From positions 576,001 to 640,000 of the forward strand of contig JASGJH010000001.1 of NCBI GenBank assembly GCA_047601445.1: a stretch of 64,000 nt of DNA, written 5' to 3'. This document shows positions 46,543-57,739 of this stretch, piece after piece. The position numbers and the translations under genes were made by a program. Each line of letters begins with the position of its first letter. The stretch's first letter is position 1. The stretch is from Myxococcales bacterium (GTDB lineage: Bacteria; Myxococcota_A; Polyangia; Polyangiales; DASUME01). A model generated the notes under the pieces. That model had not been told where the DNA came from. It saw only the letters and a program-made list of their open reading frames with translations, and made no database searches.

Positions 46543-49042
46543 GTGCGGCTTTCGCTTGTTGCGGTCGGTCTGATGATGGTGGCGGGCTGCTTCCTGGACC
46601 ACCCGGTCAACAAGCTCTCGAGCCAGGGAGTCGAGGCGCGGCAGATTCGAGACCTTCGAGCCGCCGGATCACACGGGCTCGACCGTCACCGCTCCCGGGG
46701 ACTTCGTGCTCACGGGGAACGGTCTGCGCCTGGTAGTCGGCGGCTTGCTGCGCGAGGGCGATGCGCGCGGCGCGGTGCTGGAGATGAGCGTGGCGGGCAA
46801 CGCCCCGAGCGCCAACGTGGTGCTGTTTCGACAGACCGTCCACGTGGACGGAGTCGAGCACAAGATCCGCGTGCTGCGCATGTCGCTGATCGAGCGCATG
46901 GGCATGCCTGCGCTGCGCATCGAGGGCGTGGTGCCGCTCGACGGCCGCCAACTCGACGTCGCGCGCGAGCTCTCGATCGGGCGAGTCGAGGGCACCCTGT
47001 CCGTGAGCACGCGGCTGTACAGCGCCGGAGGCGAGCGTTCGGTGCACGTCGGTGCGCGTCTGGCCTGGGGCGGCCCGATCCCGTTCATGCCCGGGGTCGG
47101 AGCGTTCGATGACGAGCAATGGCACCGCGCTGACTGGGTGGGCGGCGAGGGGCCCTCGTCGAGCGTCTGCTTCGGCTTCGAGCGCGGAGGCGTGAGCGCG
47201 CGCGCACGCTTCGAGGAGCACGCCGGGGCCAAGCTGCTCGTACACACGGACGTGGCGCAAGCTCAGGGCTTCGCGCTCGAGCCGGGCGTGCCGCACTACG
47301 AGAAGAACGCACTGGTGTTGGCGGCGCCCGGGCTCGCCAGCGCCGTTCGCACCTTCGGCATGTGGCGAAGCCGGATGTTCCCGGAGGTCTGGATCTACCT
47401 GCCGGAGCGACCGGTGGGGAGCCAGGTGATGCTCAGCGACGCCAACGAACGAGAGCTGGTGCGCGGTCTGCCGGACGTGCACGGCCGCGTGGTGTTGCCC
47501 CTGGTGCAGCCAGAATCGGGTCCCGTCGAACGCTACGTGGCGGTGGCCACCGCCTACGGACACGCTGCGAGCGAGGCCTTGAGCTTTCGAGCCGGGGACT
47601 TCGGCGCCGCCGAACTGGTGATTCCAGCGGGCGGTCAGATCCGCGTGCGCGTGCACGAAGCAGGCAGTCACGAGCCCCTGGCCGCACGCGTGCGCATCGC
47701 GCCGCTCGGCGACACCAAGCCAGTCTCGCTGGGCCCCGACTACCGCGCGTCGGGTGCTGGTGACACGGTGATTGCGCTGCGTGGCCAGGCCTGGATTGAC
47801 GTGCCTCAGGGGCGTTACCGCGTACAGCTCAGCCACGGTCCCGAGTGGACCTTGTTCGACGCCGAGGTCGACGTCACCGAAACCTACGGCCCCCTCGTGG
47901 ACGCCGAGCTCGTGCACCAGGTGGACCCTGGCAACTGGATCGGCTGCGATCTGCACCTGCACGCAGCGCCGAGCCCCGACAGCGAGGTTAGCCTCGACGA
48001 TCGGCTGGCGTCGCTGGTCGCCGAGGGCGTGCAGTTCGCGGTGGCCACCGATCACAACCACGTTACCGACTACGCACCCAGCGTGGCGAGCCTGGCGCTG
48101 GACGAGATCGCCGTAGAGAGCGGCGTGGAGGTGACCACCGAACAGCCAACCTTCGGCCACTTCAACGCCTATCCGGTCGCGCTCGACCCGACCCGCCAGG
48201 GCAACGGTGCGCCCGCCTATTCAGGAGTCGACCCCGGGGCCTTGTTTCGGTCACTGCACGCGCTCGATCCCGATCTCGTGGTGCAGGTGAACCACCCGCG
48301 CAGCACGGGGGGCATCGGTTACTTCGAAGTGATGAGCTACGACCCGTCGACCGACGCCGCCGATCCGCGCTTCAGCGCCGAGTTCGACACCCTCGAGGTC
48401 TTCAACGGCTTCGATCTGGGGCAGCGACCCAACGTGGATCGCGTCTTCGACGACTGGCTCACCATGTTGGCCCGCGGCAAGCGTGTGGCCGCCACCGGTT
48501 CCAGCGACTCCCATCAGGTTCGCTACCAGCTCGCCGGTTATCCGCGCACGTACGTGTCGGTGCCGGAGCTCGATCAGCGCGACTCGCGCGCCATCATCCG
48601 CGCCATCAAGGCCGGGGCTTCGTTCGTGACGTCGGGGCCGTTTCTGGAGGTCGAACTGGGAGGTGGCGGTCCAGGGACCACGGTTTCACTGGCTAGCCTG
48701 CAGCCTGCCGGCGAGGCCAAGCTATCGGTGAAGGTCCGGGCGCCGGATTGGATGCCCGTGGACCTGGTGGAGATCTTCGTGGGCACCGAGCGCGTGCTCG
48801 CACGGGAGGTGCCCAAGCCGGCTAGCCGGCGCAAGGGCGCTGCTCCAGCGCGCGGAGTGGTGCGGCTCTCCGAGCGCTTCCCGCTCACGATCTCCCAGGA
48901 CAGCTTCGTGGTGGTACGCGTGTCGAGCCAGGAATCCGTGGAGCGCTTCTCGGGCCGTTTCGGGATGGTGCCCCTGGCCTTCAGCAACCCCATCTTCGTG
49001 GACGCCGACGGCGACGGGCAGACGCGCTGGTCGCCGCCATGA
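46543..49042 (+). CDS. CehA/McbA-like PHP metallohydrolase lipoprotein, with an apparent frameshift near 46655
   Basis: DLHLH..SPDS, TDHNH, GHFN, NHP, EVFNG, GSSDSH in ORF 46706-49042; the lipoprotein signal (GTG 46543, ..MVAGC) is in another frame. Confidence 0.75.
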
Positions 49043-49066
49043 GGGCGTGCTACCGCGGGTCCTCGA

Positions 49067-50176
49067 ATGTACCGGCTGATCTTCGAGCGACTGCTTTCGA
49101 AGCTTGACGCGGAGGCGATGCACAAGCTCGGCTTCGGTGTCCTGCGTCTCGCGCTCGGTCTGCGCTTTCTGCGGACCTGGCTACGCTCGTGGTTGGTGCC
49201 GGATGAGCCCAGCTTGCGGGTGCGCGCGCTGGGGCGCGAGTTCGATAGCCCGCTCGGGCTGGCAGCCGGCTTCGACAAGGACGCCGTGGGGTTCGAGGCG
49301 CTCTACGCACTCGGCTTCGGGTTCATCGAGATCGGGACCCTCACCGGACAGCCCCAGCCCGGCAATCCCCGGCCCCGCATGTTTCGCCTGGTGCGCGATC
49401 GCGCCCTGATCAATCGCCTGGGCTTCAACAATGGGGGATCGGCGGACGCCGTGGCGCGCCTCAGCGCCCCGCGCAGCGTCCCGCTCGGCGTGAACATCGG
49501 CAAGACCAAGCTGGTGCCCGAAGAGCAGGCGGTGGAGGACTATCGCCTGAGCGCGGAGCGGTTGGGGCGGCTGGCGGATTACATGGTCGTGAACGTGAGC
49601 TCGCCCAACACGCCCGGCCTGCGCAATCTGCAGGCGGTGGAGCTGCTGCGGCCGCTTTTGAGCGGCGTGCGCCAGGCGCTCGACCGCGTGTCCGAGGGCA
49701 AGCACGTGCCGCTGTTGGTGAAGATCGCTCCGGATCTTGCGGACGAGGATGTGGACGCCGTGGCCGACCTGGCGCTCGAGCTCAAGCTCGATGGCGTCAT
49801 CGCCACCAACACCACCATCTCCCGCGCGGGCCTCGACACGGACCCTGCGCGCGTGGCGGAGATCGGTGCGGGCGGTCTGAGCGGTGAGCCCGTGCGGGCG
49901 CGTTCGCTGGCCGTGCTGCGCCGACTGCGGGCGCGGGTAGGGGAGCGTGTTCTGCTGATCGGCGTCGGTGGCATCGGCAGCGCCGAGGACGTGCTCGAGC
50001 GCATCCTGGCGGGGGCCACCCTGGTGCAGGCCTACACGGGGTTCGTGTACGGCGGGCCGCTGTGGCCGAGCCGCGTGCGCAGCGAACTCGCCCGTCTGCT
50101 GCGCGCGCGCGGCTTTGCCAGCGTGCAGGCGGCCGTGGGCGCGGGCGTCGTTCAGGCCGCGAACCAGAAGTCGTAG
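49067..50176 (+). CDS. pyrD: Quinone-dependent dihydroorotate dehydrogenase
   Basis: [47 protein letters not shown]. Confidence 0.96.
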   Translation: MYRLIFERLLSKLDAEAMHKLGFGVLRLALGLRFLRTWLRSWLVPDEPSLRVRALGREFDSPLGLAAGFDKDAVGFEALYALGFGFIEIGTLTGQPQPGNPRPRMFRLVRDRALINRLGFNNGGSADAVARLSAPRSVPLGVNIGKTKLVPEEQAVEDYRLSAERLGRLADYMVVNVSSPNTPGLRNLQAVELLRPLLSGVRQALDRVSEGKHVPLLVKIAPDLADEDVDAVADLALELKLDGVIATNTTISRAGLDTDPARVAEIGAGGLSGEPVRARSLAVLRRLRARVGERVLLIGVGGIGSAEDVLERILAGATLVQAYTGFVYGGPLWPSRVRSELARLLRARGFASVQAAVGAGVVQAANQKS

Positions 50177-51162
50177 CCCTCGCGAAAGCCTCGCTCGCAC
50201 AGGTAGGGACGGATCAGCCCGCGCGCGCCGCGCGCTCCGACTGCAGCCACCACCACGTCCGTGGCGGCATCGAGTGCTTCCATCGGGGCGATGGGGACGC
50301 CGCGGGCGGTGCGGCCGATCTTGTCGGGGTCGACGTCGATGAAGAGGTCGAACCGCAGCCCGTGTGCTTCCAGCGAGCGTGCCATGCGCTTGCCCGTGGG
50401 GCCCGCGCCCCACAGGACCCTGCGGGGCTTCTCGGAGCGGGCCACCCGCGAGGCCAGATAGGGTGCCTTGGCGGTCCGCATGCTGTCGAGGGAGTAGCGT
50501 GGGTCGCTGAAGGTGGCCCGACCCGGACGATGCCTCCAACGCAACAGCACTTCTGGCAGCTTGCACAGGGCATAGCCCAGCTGGTCGAGGCGCAGGAACA
50601 GGTCGTAGTCCTCTGGCAACGGTAGCTCTCGGTAGCCGCCCGCCGCGAGCAGGGCGCCGCGCCGCAGCATGGTGGAGGGATGACAGAGCGGGGACTCGAC
50701 GAAGAGCTCGCGCCGGTGGTCCTCGGCCGTGAGCAGCGCATTCTGCCAACTCACGTAGCGCTCCATGCCCTCGCCCAGCTCACCCTGGTCGCAGAAGGCC
50801 TCCACGCGGCTGCCCACCACGGCCACCTCCGGGTGCTGCAGCAGGAACTCACGCTGACGCGCCATGCGACCGGGCAAGCTCAGATCGTCCGAATCCATGC
50901 GGGCCAACAGCCCTCCGCGAGCGGCCGCCACGCCCTGCTGCAGGGCTGCGACCAGGCCGCGCCCCTCGGCCCGCAGCAGGCGCACCCGCGGATCCCGTGT
51001 GCCCCAGGCGCGCACACGGTCAGTACCGCTATCGACGGATCCATCATCAATGCACAGGACCTCGAGGGCTTCGTCCGCGCCGAGCAAACCAGACAACGCT
51101 GCGTCAATCGTGGCGCTCGCGTTGCGGAAGGGCATGACCACGGAAATGAAGCGTTCGTCCAC
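50152..51162 (-). CDS. GT2 family glycosyltransferase
   Basis: [31 protein letters not shown]. Confidence 0.88.
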   Translation of the reverse strand: MDERFISVVMPFRNASATIDAALSGLLGADEALEVLCIDDGSVDSGTDRVRAWGTRDPRVRLLRAEGRGLVAALQQGVAAARGGLLARMDSDDLSLPGRMARQREFLLQHPEVAVVGSRVEAFCDQGELGEGMERYVSWQNALLTAEDHRRELFVESPLCHPSTMLRRGALLAAGGYRELPLPEDYDLFLRLDQLGYALCKLPEVLLRWRHRPGRATFSDPRYSLDSMRTAKAPYLASRVARSEKPRRVLWGAGPTGKRMARSLEAHGLRFDLFIDVDPDKIGRTARGVPIAPMEALDAATDVVVAAVGARGARGLIRPYLCERGFREGYDFWFAA

Positions 51163-51341
51163 GGTGTTTCCTTGGTGTCTACTCTGGCGGCAGGGCGCGT
51201 TAGCGAGTACCGTCAATGGCGGCGGGACGGAGGTCATCGGCGCGCTCACCGCCGGCCGGGTGCGTCTCCTCCAGCCACCTTTGGGTCGAGCTGGCGCCGA
51301 GCCAGCGCCGAGCCGGGAAGTCAGCGAGTTTTCTGCGGGTC

Positions 51342-52823
51342 ATGATCAGCCTGATAGTACGTTTTGCTCGTGCTCTTTGGGCCTTCGGCCTCATCCTGGC
51401 GGATTATCTGATCCAGCACGGCTTGACCAAGCTGTTCGTTAAGCGGGTTCAGGATCCGGTCACCGGTCAGCGCCGTCGCAAGCGCCCCGAGTGGCTCAAG
51501 CGTCGGCGCGAGCGCCTCGATCAACGCAATGCGCAACGCACCTTGGATGCGATGCTGCGACTGCGCGGCGTGTACATCAAGCTCGGCCAGGTGCTGTCCA
51601 TCATGGGCGGCTTCTTGCCGCGACCCTACGTCAAGAAGCTCCAGGTGCTGCAGGACAAGGTGCCGCCGCACGGCTTCGCCGAGGTCGAGAAGGTCTTCCT
51701 CCGGCAGCTCGGTAAGCGCCCCCAGGATTGCTTCCGCGATATCGAGCACGAGCCGGTGGCGGCCGCCTCGCTGGGCCAGGTGCACGTGGCGCACCTGCAC
51801 GACGGCACCAAGGTCGCCGTGAAGATCCTGTATCCGCAGATCCGCGACGTGATCCGCGTCGACATGATGATCGTGCGCATGGCCTTGCGCGTGTATCAGT
51901 GGTTCGTGCCGGTGGGCGGGGTCGAGAACTCCTACAACTCCCTGGTCGACTTGCTGCGACGCGAGACGGAGTACTTGCACGAGGCCGAGTGCATGACGCG
52001 CATGGCCCAGAACTTCGAGGGCGACCCGGACATCCTGTTCCCCAAGGTCATCCGCGAGTTCACCACCAGCGACATCCTCACCATGACCTTCATGGAGGGC
52101 GTCAAGATCACGAACTTCGAAGCGCTGGAGGCGCTCGGGGTGTCGCGGCGCGCCGTGGCCACGCTGCTGGTGCAGTCGTTCTACAAGCAGCTCTTCGTGC
52201 ACCGCTTCTTTCACGCCGATCCGCATCCGGGAAACTTCCTGGTGCAAGCGGGTCCGGAGGGGAAGCCCAAACTCGTAGTGCTCGATTTCGGCGCCATCAG
52301 CGAAGCCAAGGACCACTTGATCGAGGGCTTGATCGACGTGGTCCACGGCTTGTTCACCGGGGACTCGGACAAGCTCATCGAGGGCTTCGGGCGCATGGGC
52401 TTCGTGGCCGAGGGGGGGGACCGCGAGTCCTTGCGCAACCTCACCAAGACCTACTTCGGCAAGCTCATGAAGTTCAAGGATCGGAGCCCCGGGGCGCTGA
52501 TGCGGGACCGCAAGGAGGTCCGCAAGGAGTTCGGGAACCCGGAGATGGACCTGGACGACCTGCGCGACTTGATGAAGTCGGTGCACTACCCGGAGACCTG
52601 GTTCTACGTGGAGCGCGCCACCGTGCTGCTGTTCTGGCTGAGCGCCACCATCGAGCCGAGTCTCGACACCATCCAGGTGGGCTTCCCGTACATCATGCCG
52701 CTCCTGATGGAGCGCAACCGCAAGGCGGCCGATGAGCGCGCGGCGCAGAAGGCAGCAGCCAAGCAGGCGGCGCTCGAAGAGGGCGGCATCGGCGAGCAGG
52801 GCGGCGTGCCCTCGGCGTCCTGA
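51342..52823 (+). CDS. ABC1/UbiB (AarF) family atypical kinase
   Basis: YIKLGQ, AAASLGQVH, VAVK, FHADPHPGN, LDFG. Confidence 0.92.
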   Translation: MISLIVRFARALWAFGLILADYLIQHGLTKLFVKRVQDPVTGQRRRKRPEWLKRRRERLDQRNAQRTLDAMLRLRGVYIKLGQVLSIMGGFLPRPYVKKLQVLQDKVPPHGFAEVEKVFLRQLGKRPQDCFRDIEHEPVAAASLGQVHVAHLHDGTKVAVKILYPQIRDVIRVDMMIVRMALRVYQWFVPVGGVENSYNSLVDLLRRETEYLHEAECMTRMAQNFEGDPDILFPKVIREFTTSDILTMTFMEGVKITNFEALEALGVSRRAVATLLVQSFYKQLFVHRFFHADPHPGNFLVQAGPEGKPKLVVLDFGAISEAKDHLIEGLIDVVHGLFTGDSDKLIEGFGRMGFVAEGGDRESLRNLTKTYFGKLMKFKDRSPGALMRDRKEVRKEFGNPEMDLDDLRDLMKSVHYPETWFYVERATVLLFWLSATIEPSLDTIQVGFPYIMPLLMERNRKAADERAAQKAAAKQAALEEGGIGEQGGVPSAS

Positions 52824-52865
52824 GTTCGCGGTGGCTACGCGCGCCAGGCCAGCTCGGTCGTGAGC

Positions 52866-54023
52866 CTACAGGCGCTCTCCGATGAAGCGCTCGAGCTTCT
52901 CGGCGCGGGCGTCCCAGGTGAGCTCCTTGCCGGTCTCCTTGGCGGCGACCGCCAGGCGCTCGCGCCCCTCGTCGTCGCTCAGCAGGGCCGCCAGGCGTGC
53001 ACCCGCTGCGTCCACGTCGCCGGGTTCCACCAGTACGGCGTTCTCGCCGTCGTGCAGGAGTTCCTGGACGTCGGGCGTGCGCGGGGCGAACACCGCGCGA
53101 CCCGCCGCCAGGTAGCCGTAGAGCTTCATCGGTAACACCGTGTGGCCGGCCCACTTGAGGCCGACGCTGCTCGGGGGCAGGAGCAGCACGTCCGCACTCA
53201 CCATGTAGAGGGCGGCGCGTTCGTAGGGCTGCCAGGGCAACACCTGCACGTTCGCATGGCGCTTCGCGGCACGCTCCACCGAGCCATCTCCCTCGGAGCC
53301 TACCAACAGAAACAACGCATCCGGGCAGCGTTCTGCCAGGTCGAGCACGCTGCCCAGGCCTTTCATCGCGCTGATATGTCCGGTGTAGACCACGAGCTTC
53401 TTGCCCTGGGGTAGCGCGAGCTCGCGACGGGCGGCCTGCTTGGTCTGGTCGCTCTGGAAGCGCGCCGGGTCGAAGCCGTTGCGCATGGTGGCCAGACGCG
53501 CCGGGTTCACCCCGAGGCGCTCGTAGCTCTGGCGGGCATAGTCCGAGTGGAACACGGCGCCCACGAAGTTCGGGCGCGACATGGCGTACTTGAACAGCGG
53601 CGCCATCGGGGGCACGTGATCCGGCCAGGCACGGTGGGTGTCGTAGACAGTCTTTTCGCCGCGAGCGATCAGCGCCAGGAACGTGGCCGAGTTTCGCGTG
53701 TACACCACGTCGTGCGGGGGCAGCGCGCCACCGCCTGCCACGTAGCCCGCGAACCACGCCTTGCGCACCAGGAGCTGCTTCGCCAGCGGCACGTCCACGT
53801 GCTCGACCTCGAGTGACCCCTGCACTTTGTAGTGCTTCATCAACTCCGCGGCGTCGATGCCCGTCCCCCCCATGGGCTTCGGCAGGAGGGCCACCACCCG
53901 ATGGCCACGTCGCGACAGGGCGGCCATGGTGCTGGTGGCCTGCTCGGCGTCCGTGGCGGTGGTGGGGAGCAATCGGTCCCAGGCGTAGAGGATGCGCAAC
54001 GCAGTGCTCACCCGGCGAACCAT
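52866..54023 (-). CDS. GT4 family glycosyltransferase
   Basis: RNGFD, YTGHISAMKG, ADVLLLP, PMKLYGYLAAG. Confidence 0.85.
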   Translation of the reverse strand: MVRRVSTALRILYAWDRLLPTTATDAEQATSTMAALSRRGHRVVALLPKPMGGTGIDAAELMKHYKVQGSLEVEHVDVPLAKQLLVRKAWFAGYVAGGGALPPHDVVYTRNSATFLALIARGEKTVYDTHRAWPDHVPPMAPLFKYAMSRPNFVGAVFHSDYARQSYERLGVNPARLATMRNGFDPARFQSDQTKQAARRELALPQGKKLVVYTGHISAMKGLGSVLDLAERCPDALFLLVGSEGDGSVERAAKRHANVQVLPWQPYERAALYMVSADVLLLPPSSVGLKWAGHTVLPMKLYGYLAAGRAVFAPRTPDVQELLHDGENAVLVEPGDVDAAGARLAALLSDDEGRERLAVAAKETGKELTWDARAEKLERFIGERL

Positions 54024-54095
54024 GCTTGCTGGTAGGCCCCACGCAAGTGGGTTCTTGGCTATCGGCAGGGGACGGGAGTATCACTGGGCCGGTCG

Positions 54096-55202
54096 ATGCC
54101 GAAGGTCGCCGTTTTCAGCACCAACTTCCTCGATTACTCGCAGACCTTCGTCTACGAAGAGATCACGCACCACCGCCGCTACCAGGTGGAGGTCTTCTGC
54201 CGCGCGCGCAAGCTCTCGGACCGGTTCCCGTTTTCACCCGTCCATGTGGGGGGCCCGCTGTATGGGCTCACGCGTCAGAGCCCGGGCTTTCACCGCGTCT
54301 TTCGCCGCAGCGGTTTCGATCTGGTCCACGGCCACTTCGGCACGGGCTCGCTGTATGCGGTACCCTATGCGGCCCGCTACCGGCTGCCCCTCGTGGTCAC
54401 CTTCCATGGCTACGACGTGCCGCTCTTGCGCAGTGCCGCGCGCCTGTATCCGGTGCATTGGCCCTACGCCGTCTTCGCACGGGGCATGCTCGAGCGCTTG
54501 ACCATGGGCCTATGTGCCTCGCGCGAGCTCTACGAGCTCCTGGCCGAGGTCGGGGTGCCGCGCGAGCGGCTGCGCATCCATCATCTGGGCATCAACTTGG
54601 GGGCGTTTCGTCGGGGACCCCGGCGCGCTCTGCCGCGGGTGGTGATGGTGGGGCGCTTCGTGGAAAAGAAGGGCTTCGAGTACGGCATCCGTGCCTTCGC
54701 CAAGGCCCTGGCGCGCGGCGTGCGCGCGGAGCTCGTGATCGCAGGTGGTGGCGAGCGCCAGGCGCAGCTCGAAGCCTTGATCCGCGAGCAGGGGCTCTCC
54801 GACTACGCGCGCTTCGCCGGCGTCCTGCCCTCGAAGGAAATCGCGAGTCTGCTCTCCGAGAGCGACGTGCTGCTGGCGCCCAGCGTGGTGGACCGCGACG
54901 GTGATCGGGAGTCGGGCGTGATCGCGCTCAAGGAAGCCAGCGCCTGCGAGCTCGCGGTGATCGGCACCTATCACGGCGGCATTCCAGAGATCATCGACGA
55001 CGGTGAGACCGGGTTCCTGGTGCCCGAGCGCGACGTGGAGCGGCTCGCCGACCGGCTGTATCGGGTGCTGGCCGACCGCGCGCTGTGTGAGCGTATGGGC
55101 GTGGCGGGCCGTGCCAAGATGGAGCGAGAGTACGACTTGAAGGACGTGGTCGACGAACTCGAGGAGCGCTACGACGAAGCCCTCAAGTTGGGGCCCCGCT
55201 AG
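54096..55202 (+). CDS. GT4 family glycosyltransferase (WcaL-like)
   Basis: SQTFV, HGHFG, TFHGYD, VGRFVEKKG, DGDRESG..ALKEA, HGGIPE. Confidence 0.9.
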   Translation: MPKVAVFSTNFLDYSQTFVYEEITHHRRYQVEVFCRARKLSDRFPFSPVHVGGPLYGLTRQSPGFHRVFRRSGFDLVHGHFGTGSLYAVPYAARYRLPLVVTFHGYDVPLLRSAARLYPVHWPYAVFARGMLERLTMGLCASRELYELLAEVGVPRERLRIHHLGINLGAFRRGPRRALPRVVMVGRFVEKKGFEYGIRAFAKALARGVRAELVIAGGGERQAQLEALIREQGLSDYARFAGVLPSKEIASLLSESDVLLAPSVVDRDGDRESGVIALKEASACELAVIGTYHGGIPEIIDDGETGFLVPERDVERLADRLYRVLADRALCERMGVAGRAKMEREYDLKDVVDELEERYDEALKLGPR

Positions 55203-55213
55203 GGGCGGCGCTT

Positions 55214-56176
55214 CTACAGCTCGAGGGCGGCCCGCTTGGCGCCCAACGTGGCCAAGCGCGGGTCGTCCACCAGCACGAGCGGGATGCTCTCGAGCAAATG
55301 ACTCAGGACCCGGCGGTCCAGGAACGAGTCGAGCAGCTCGCCCTGCTCGAACACGCCCCGCAGGCAGCGCGCCATGCTGCCGATCAAGAACAGACCACCG
55401 CGCGGTAGGCAGGACAGCGCAACGTTGCTCAGCTGGGCACCGAGGATGTCGGCGAACGAGGCCACGGCGGCGGCGCAGGCTCGATCGAGATCGCGGCTGC
55501 CGAGCCGCGCGAGCTCCGCGTTCGGGTCGGGGGCGCGCTCGATCTCGGCCAGCGCGGTGGCCGGGGCCAGGCCCTCGAAGACCAGGAAGTCGTGCAGGCG
55601 CCGCAGGCCTGGGGCCGACAGCACGTGGCTCAAGGAGACCTCCTCCACGCTCTCGGCCAGGTAGCTCAGGAGGCGGCGCTCGATGGCGTTGCGCGGCGCG
55701 AAGCCGGCGAGTCCTGCCTCGGAGGCGAAGCTCAGGTTGGGGGGCACCAAGAGGGCGCGCCCGTAGCTCACATCCACGCTCACCACGGCCACGGCAGCGC
55801 TGGGGTCGATGGGCGCTCGCTGCAGCCACGCCCACTGCGTGCGATCGCTGTGTTCGATGCCGAGGGCGGCCGCCTGGACGTCATTCAAAAGGACGCAGTG
55901 ATCCGTGCCCAGGATGGGTCGCAGCTCGGCCTCGCTGATCTCCCAGGGCAGATCGGGGCTTTGGCAGCTCCCTGCGTGGACCGAGCCGGTGACGGCGAAG
56001 GCGGCCGCGTCGACGCGCGCGCCGTGCATGAAGTCGCCCACCATGGAGACCAGACCGCTGAAGGTCGCGTTTTCGTAGCTCTGGCTCTTGTCCAAGACGA
56101 GCTCGTCGCGCTCGCCCTTGAACAGGCTCAGCACGCTTCGGTGAGCATCGATGTCGCCGACGAGGATCTGCATCAT
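55214..56176 (-). CDS. Glucokinase (Glk family) homologue with degenerate catalytic motifs
   Basis: Colinear with Glk (LVGDI, FAVTG, LPW, LLND, SE.G..FAP, PRGGLFL) but ATP- and sugar-binding motifs are altered. Confidence 0.75.
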   Translation of the reverse strand: MMQILVGDIDAHRSVLSLFKGERDELVLDKSQSYENATFSGLVSMVGDFMHGARVDAAAFAVTGSVHAGSCQSPDLPWEISEAELRPILGTDHCVLLNDVQAAALGIEHSDRTQWAWLQRAPIDPSAAVAVVSVDVSYGRALLVPPNLSFASEAGLAGFAPRNAIERRLLSYLAESVEEVSLSHVLSAPGLRRLHDFLVFEGLAPATALAEIERAPDPNAELARLGSRDLDRACAAAVASFADILGAQLSNVALSCLPRGGLFLIGSMARCLRGVFEQGELLDSFLDRRVLSHLLESIPLVLVDDPRLATLGAKRAALEL

Positions 56177-57687
56177 CTCAGGAACAGGGAATAGGCCGGG
56201 TTCTGGCTCTCTTCAATCCAGGGATAACCCAGATCCGCGAGAAACCGCTGAAATTCTGCTTCGTCGTTGGCCGGAATTTGCATCCCGCACAGCACACGTC
56301 CGAACGCGGCGCCGTGGTTTCGATAGTGGAACAAACTGATGTTCCAGCGGCCGCCCATCTTGGTGAGGAACTGGACCAGCGACCCGGGGCGCTCGGGAAA
56401 TTCGAAGCGAAACAGGCGTTCTTGGGAGGCACTGGCCCGTCCGCCCACCATGAAGCGGACGTGGAGCTTGGCCATCTCGTTCTGCGTCATGTCGATGACC
56501 GGCAGCTCGGCTGCCGCGAGTCGCTCCAGGATCTCCTGGCGCTGCTTGGCGCCATGCGAGAGCCCCACGCCCACGAAGATGTGCGCCTCGTCCTCGCGGC
56601 CGAAACGATAGTTGAACTCGGTGATGGGAAGCTTGCCCAGGGTCTGACAGAAGTTGCGGAAGGCCCCCGCGCGCTCTGGGATGGTCACGGCGAACAGGGC
56701 CTCGCGCTGCTCGCCGAGTTCGGCGCGCTCCGCCACGTGGCGCAGGCGGTCGAAGTTCATGTTGGCGCCGCTGTCGATGGCGATCAGGGTCTTGTCCTTG
56801 AGACCTTCGCGCTCGACATAGGCCTTGAGCCCCGCGATGGAGAGCGCCCCCGCAGGCTCCGCGATGGAGCGCGTGTCGTCGAAGATGTCCTTGATCGCGG
56901 CACAGATGGCGTCCGTGTCCACGGTGATGACGTCGTCCACGCACTCCTGGGCCACGCGGAAAGGCTCCTCGCCCACCAGCCGCACTGCCACGCCGTCGGC
57001 GAATAGGCCCACGTGCGAAAGCGGCACGCGTGTGCCCGCGTCCAGCGCTGCCCGCAAGCACGCCGCGTCCGCGGGCTCCACGCCGATCACTTTGATCTGC
57101 GGGTACAGCGTCTTCACGTAAGCAGCCACGCCGGCCAAAAGCCCACCACCGCCGACCGGCACGAAGATGGCGTGAATGGGCGCAGTGTACTGGCGCAGGA
57201 TCTCCATCGCGATGGTGCCCTGCCCGGCGATCACGTCGGGATCGTCGTAGGGGTGCACGAAGGTGTAGCCGTGCTCCTGCTCGAGCTTCCGTGCGTGGGC
57301 CAGGGCGTCGTCGTAGGCGTCGCCCACCAGCAGCGCTTCGGCGCCGTAGGAGCGCACCGCGTTCACCTTGATGAGCGGCGTGGTGGTGGGCATCACGATG
57401 CGGGCCGTGATGCCGAAGCGCAGGGCGGCCAGGGCGACGCCCTGCGCGTGGTTGCCGGCCGAGGCCGTGATCACACCGCGGGCGCGCTCCTCGTCGGACA
57501 GCTGGGCCATCTTGTTGTAGGCGCCGCGCAGCTTGAACGAGAACACCGGCTGCAGGTCCTCACGCTTGATCAGGACCTTGTTTTGAATGCGGGCCGAGAG
57601 GCGGGTAATGGGCTCGAGCGGGCTTTCGATGGCGACGTCGTAGACGCGGGCTTTGAGGATGCGCTCGAGATATCCGGCACTCGACAT
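56173..57687 (-). CDS. ilvA: Threonine ammonia-lyase, biosynthetic
   Basis: KREDLQPVFSFKLRGAYN, SAGNHAQG, SGANMNFDRL, FPERPG, ISLFHYRNHG. Confidence 0.97.
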   Translation of the reverse strand: MSSAGYLERILKARVYDVAIESPLEPITRLSARIQNKVLIKREDLQPVFSFKLRGAYNKMAQLSDEERARGVITASAGNHAQGVALAALRFGITARIVMPTTTPLIKVNAVRSYGAEALLVGDAYDDALAHARKLEQEHGYTFVHPYDDPDVIAGQGTIAMEILRQYTAPIHAIFVPVGGGGLLAGVAAYVKTLYPQIKVIGVEPADAACLRAALDAGTRVPLSHVGLFADGVAVRLVGEEPFRVAQECVDDVITVDTDAICAAIKDIFDDTRSIAEPAGALSIAGLKAYVEREGLKDKTLIAIDSGANMNFDRLRHVAERAELGEQREALFAVTIPERAGAFRNFCQTLGKLPITEFNYRFGREDEAHIFVGVGLSHGAKQRQEILERLAAAELPVIDMTQNEMAKLHVRFMVGGRASASQERLFRFEFPERPGSLVQFLTKMGGRWNISLFHYRNHGAAFGRVLCGMQIPANDEAEFQRFLADLGYPWIEESQNPAYSLFLR

Positions 57688-57739
57688 ACACGACCTTGTG
57701 CGGACCCGTGGCCCGCGGCGAGAAAGGACGACTCTAGGT

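Noticed and set aside
53105..53135. GT4 motif KLYGY lacking the usual Glu (KLxEY) as another pseudoenzyme
   Set aside because: A single substitution in a variable family; the other motifs look normal.
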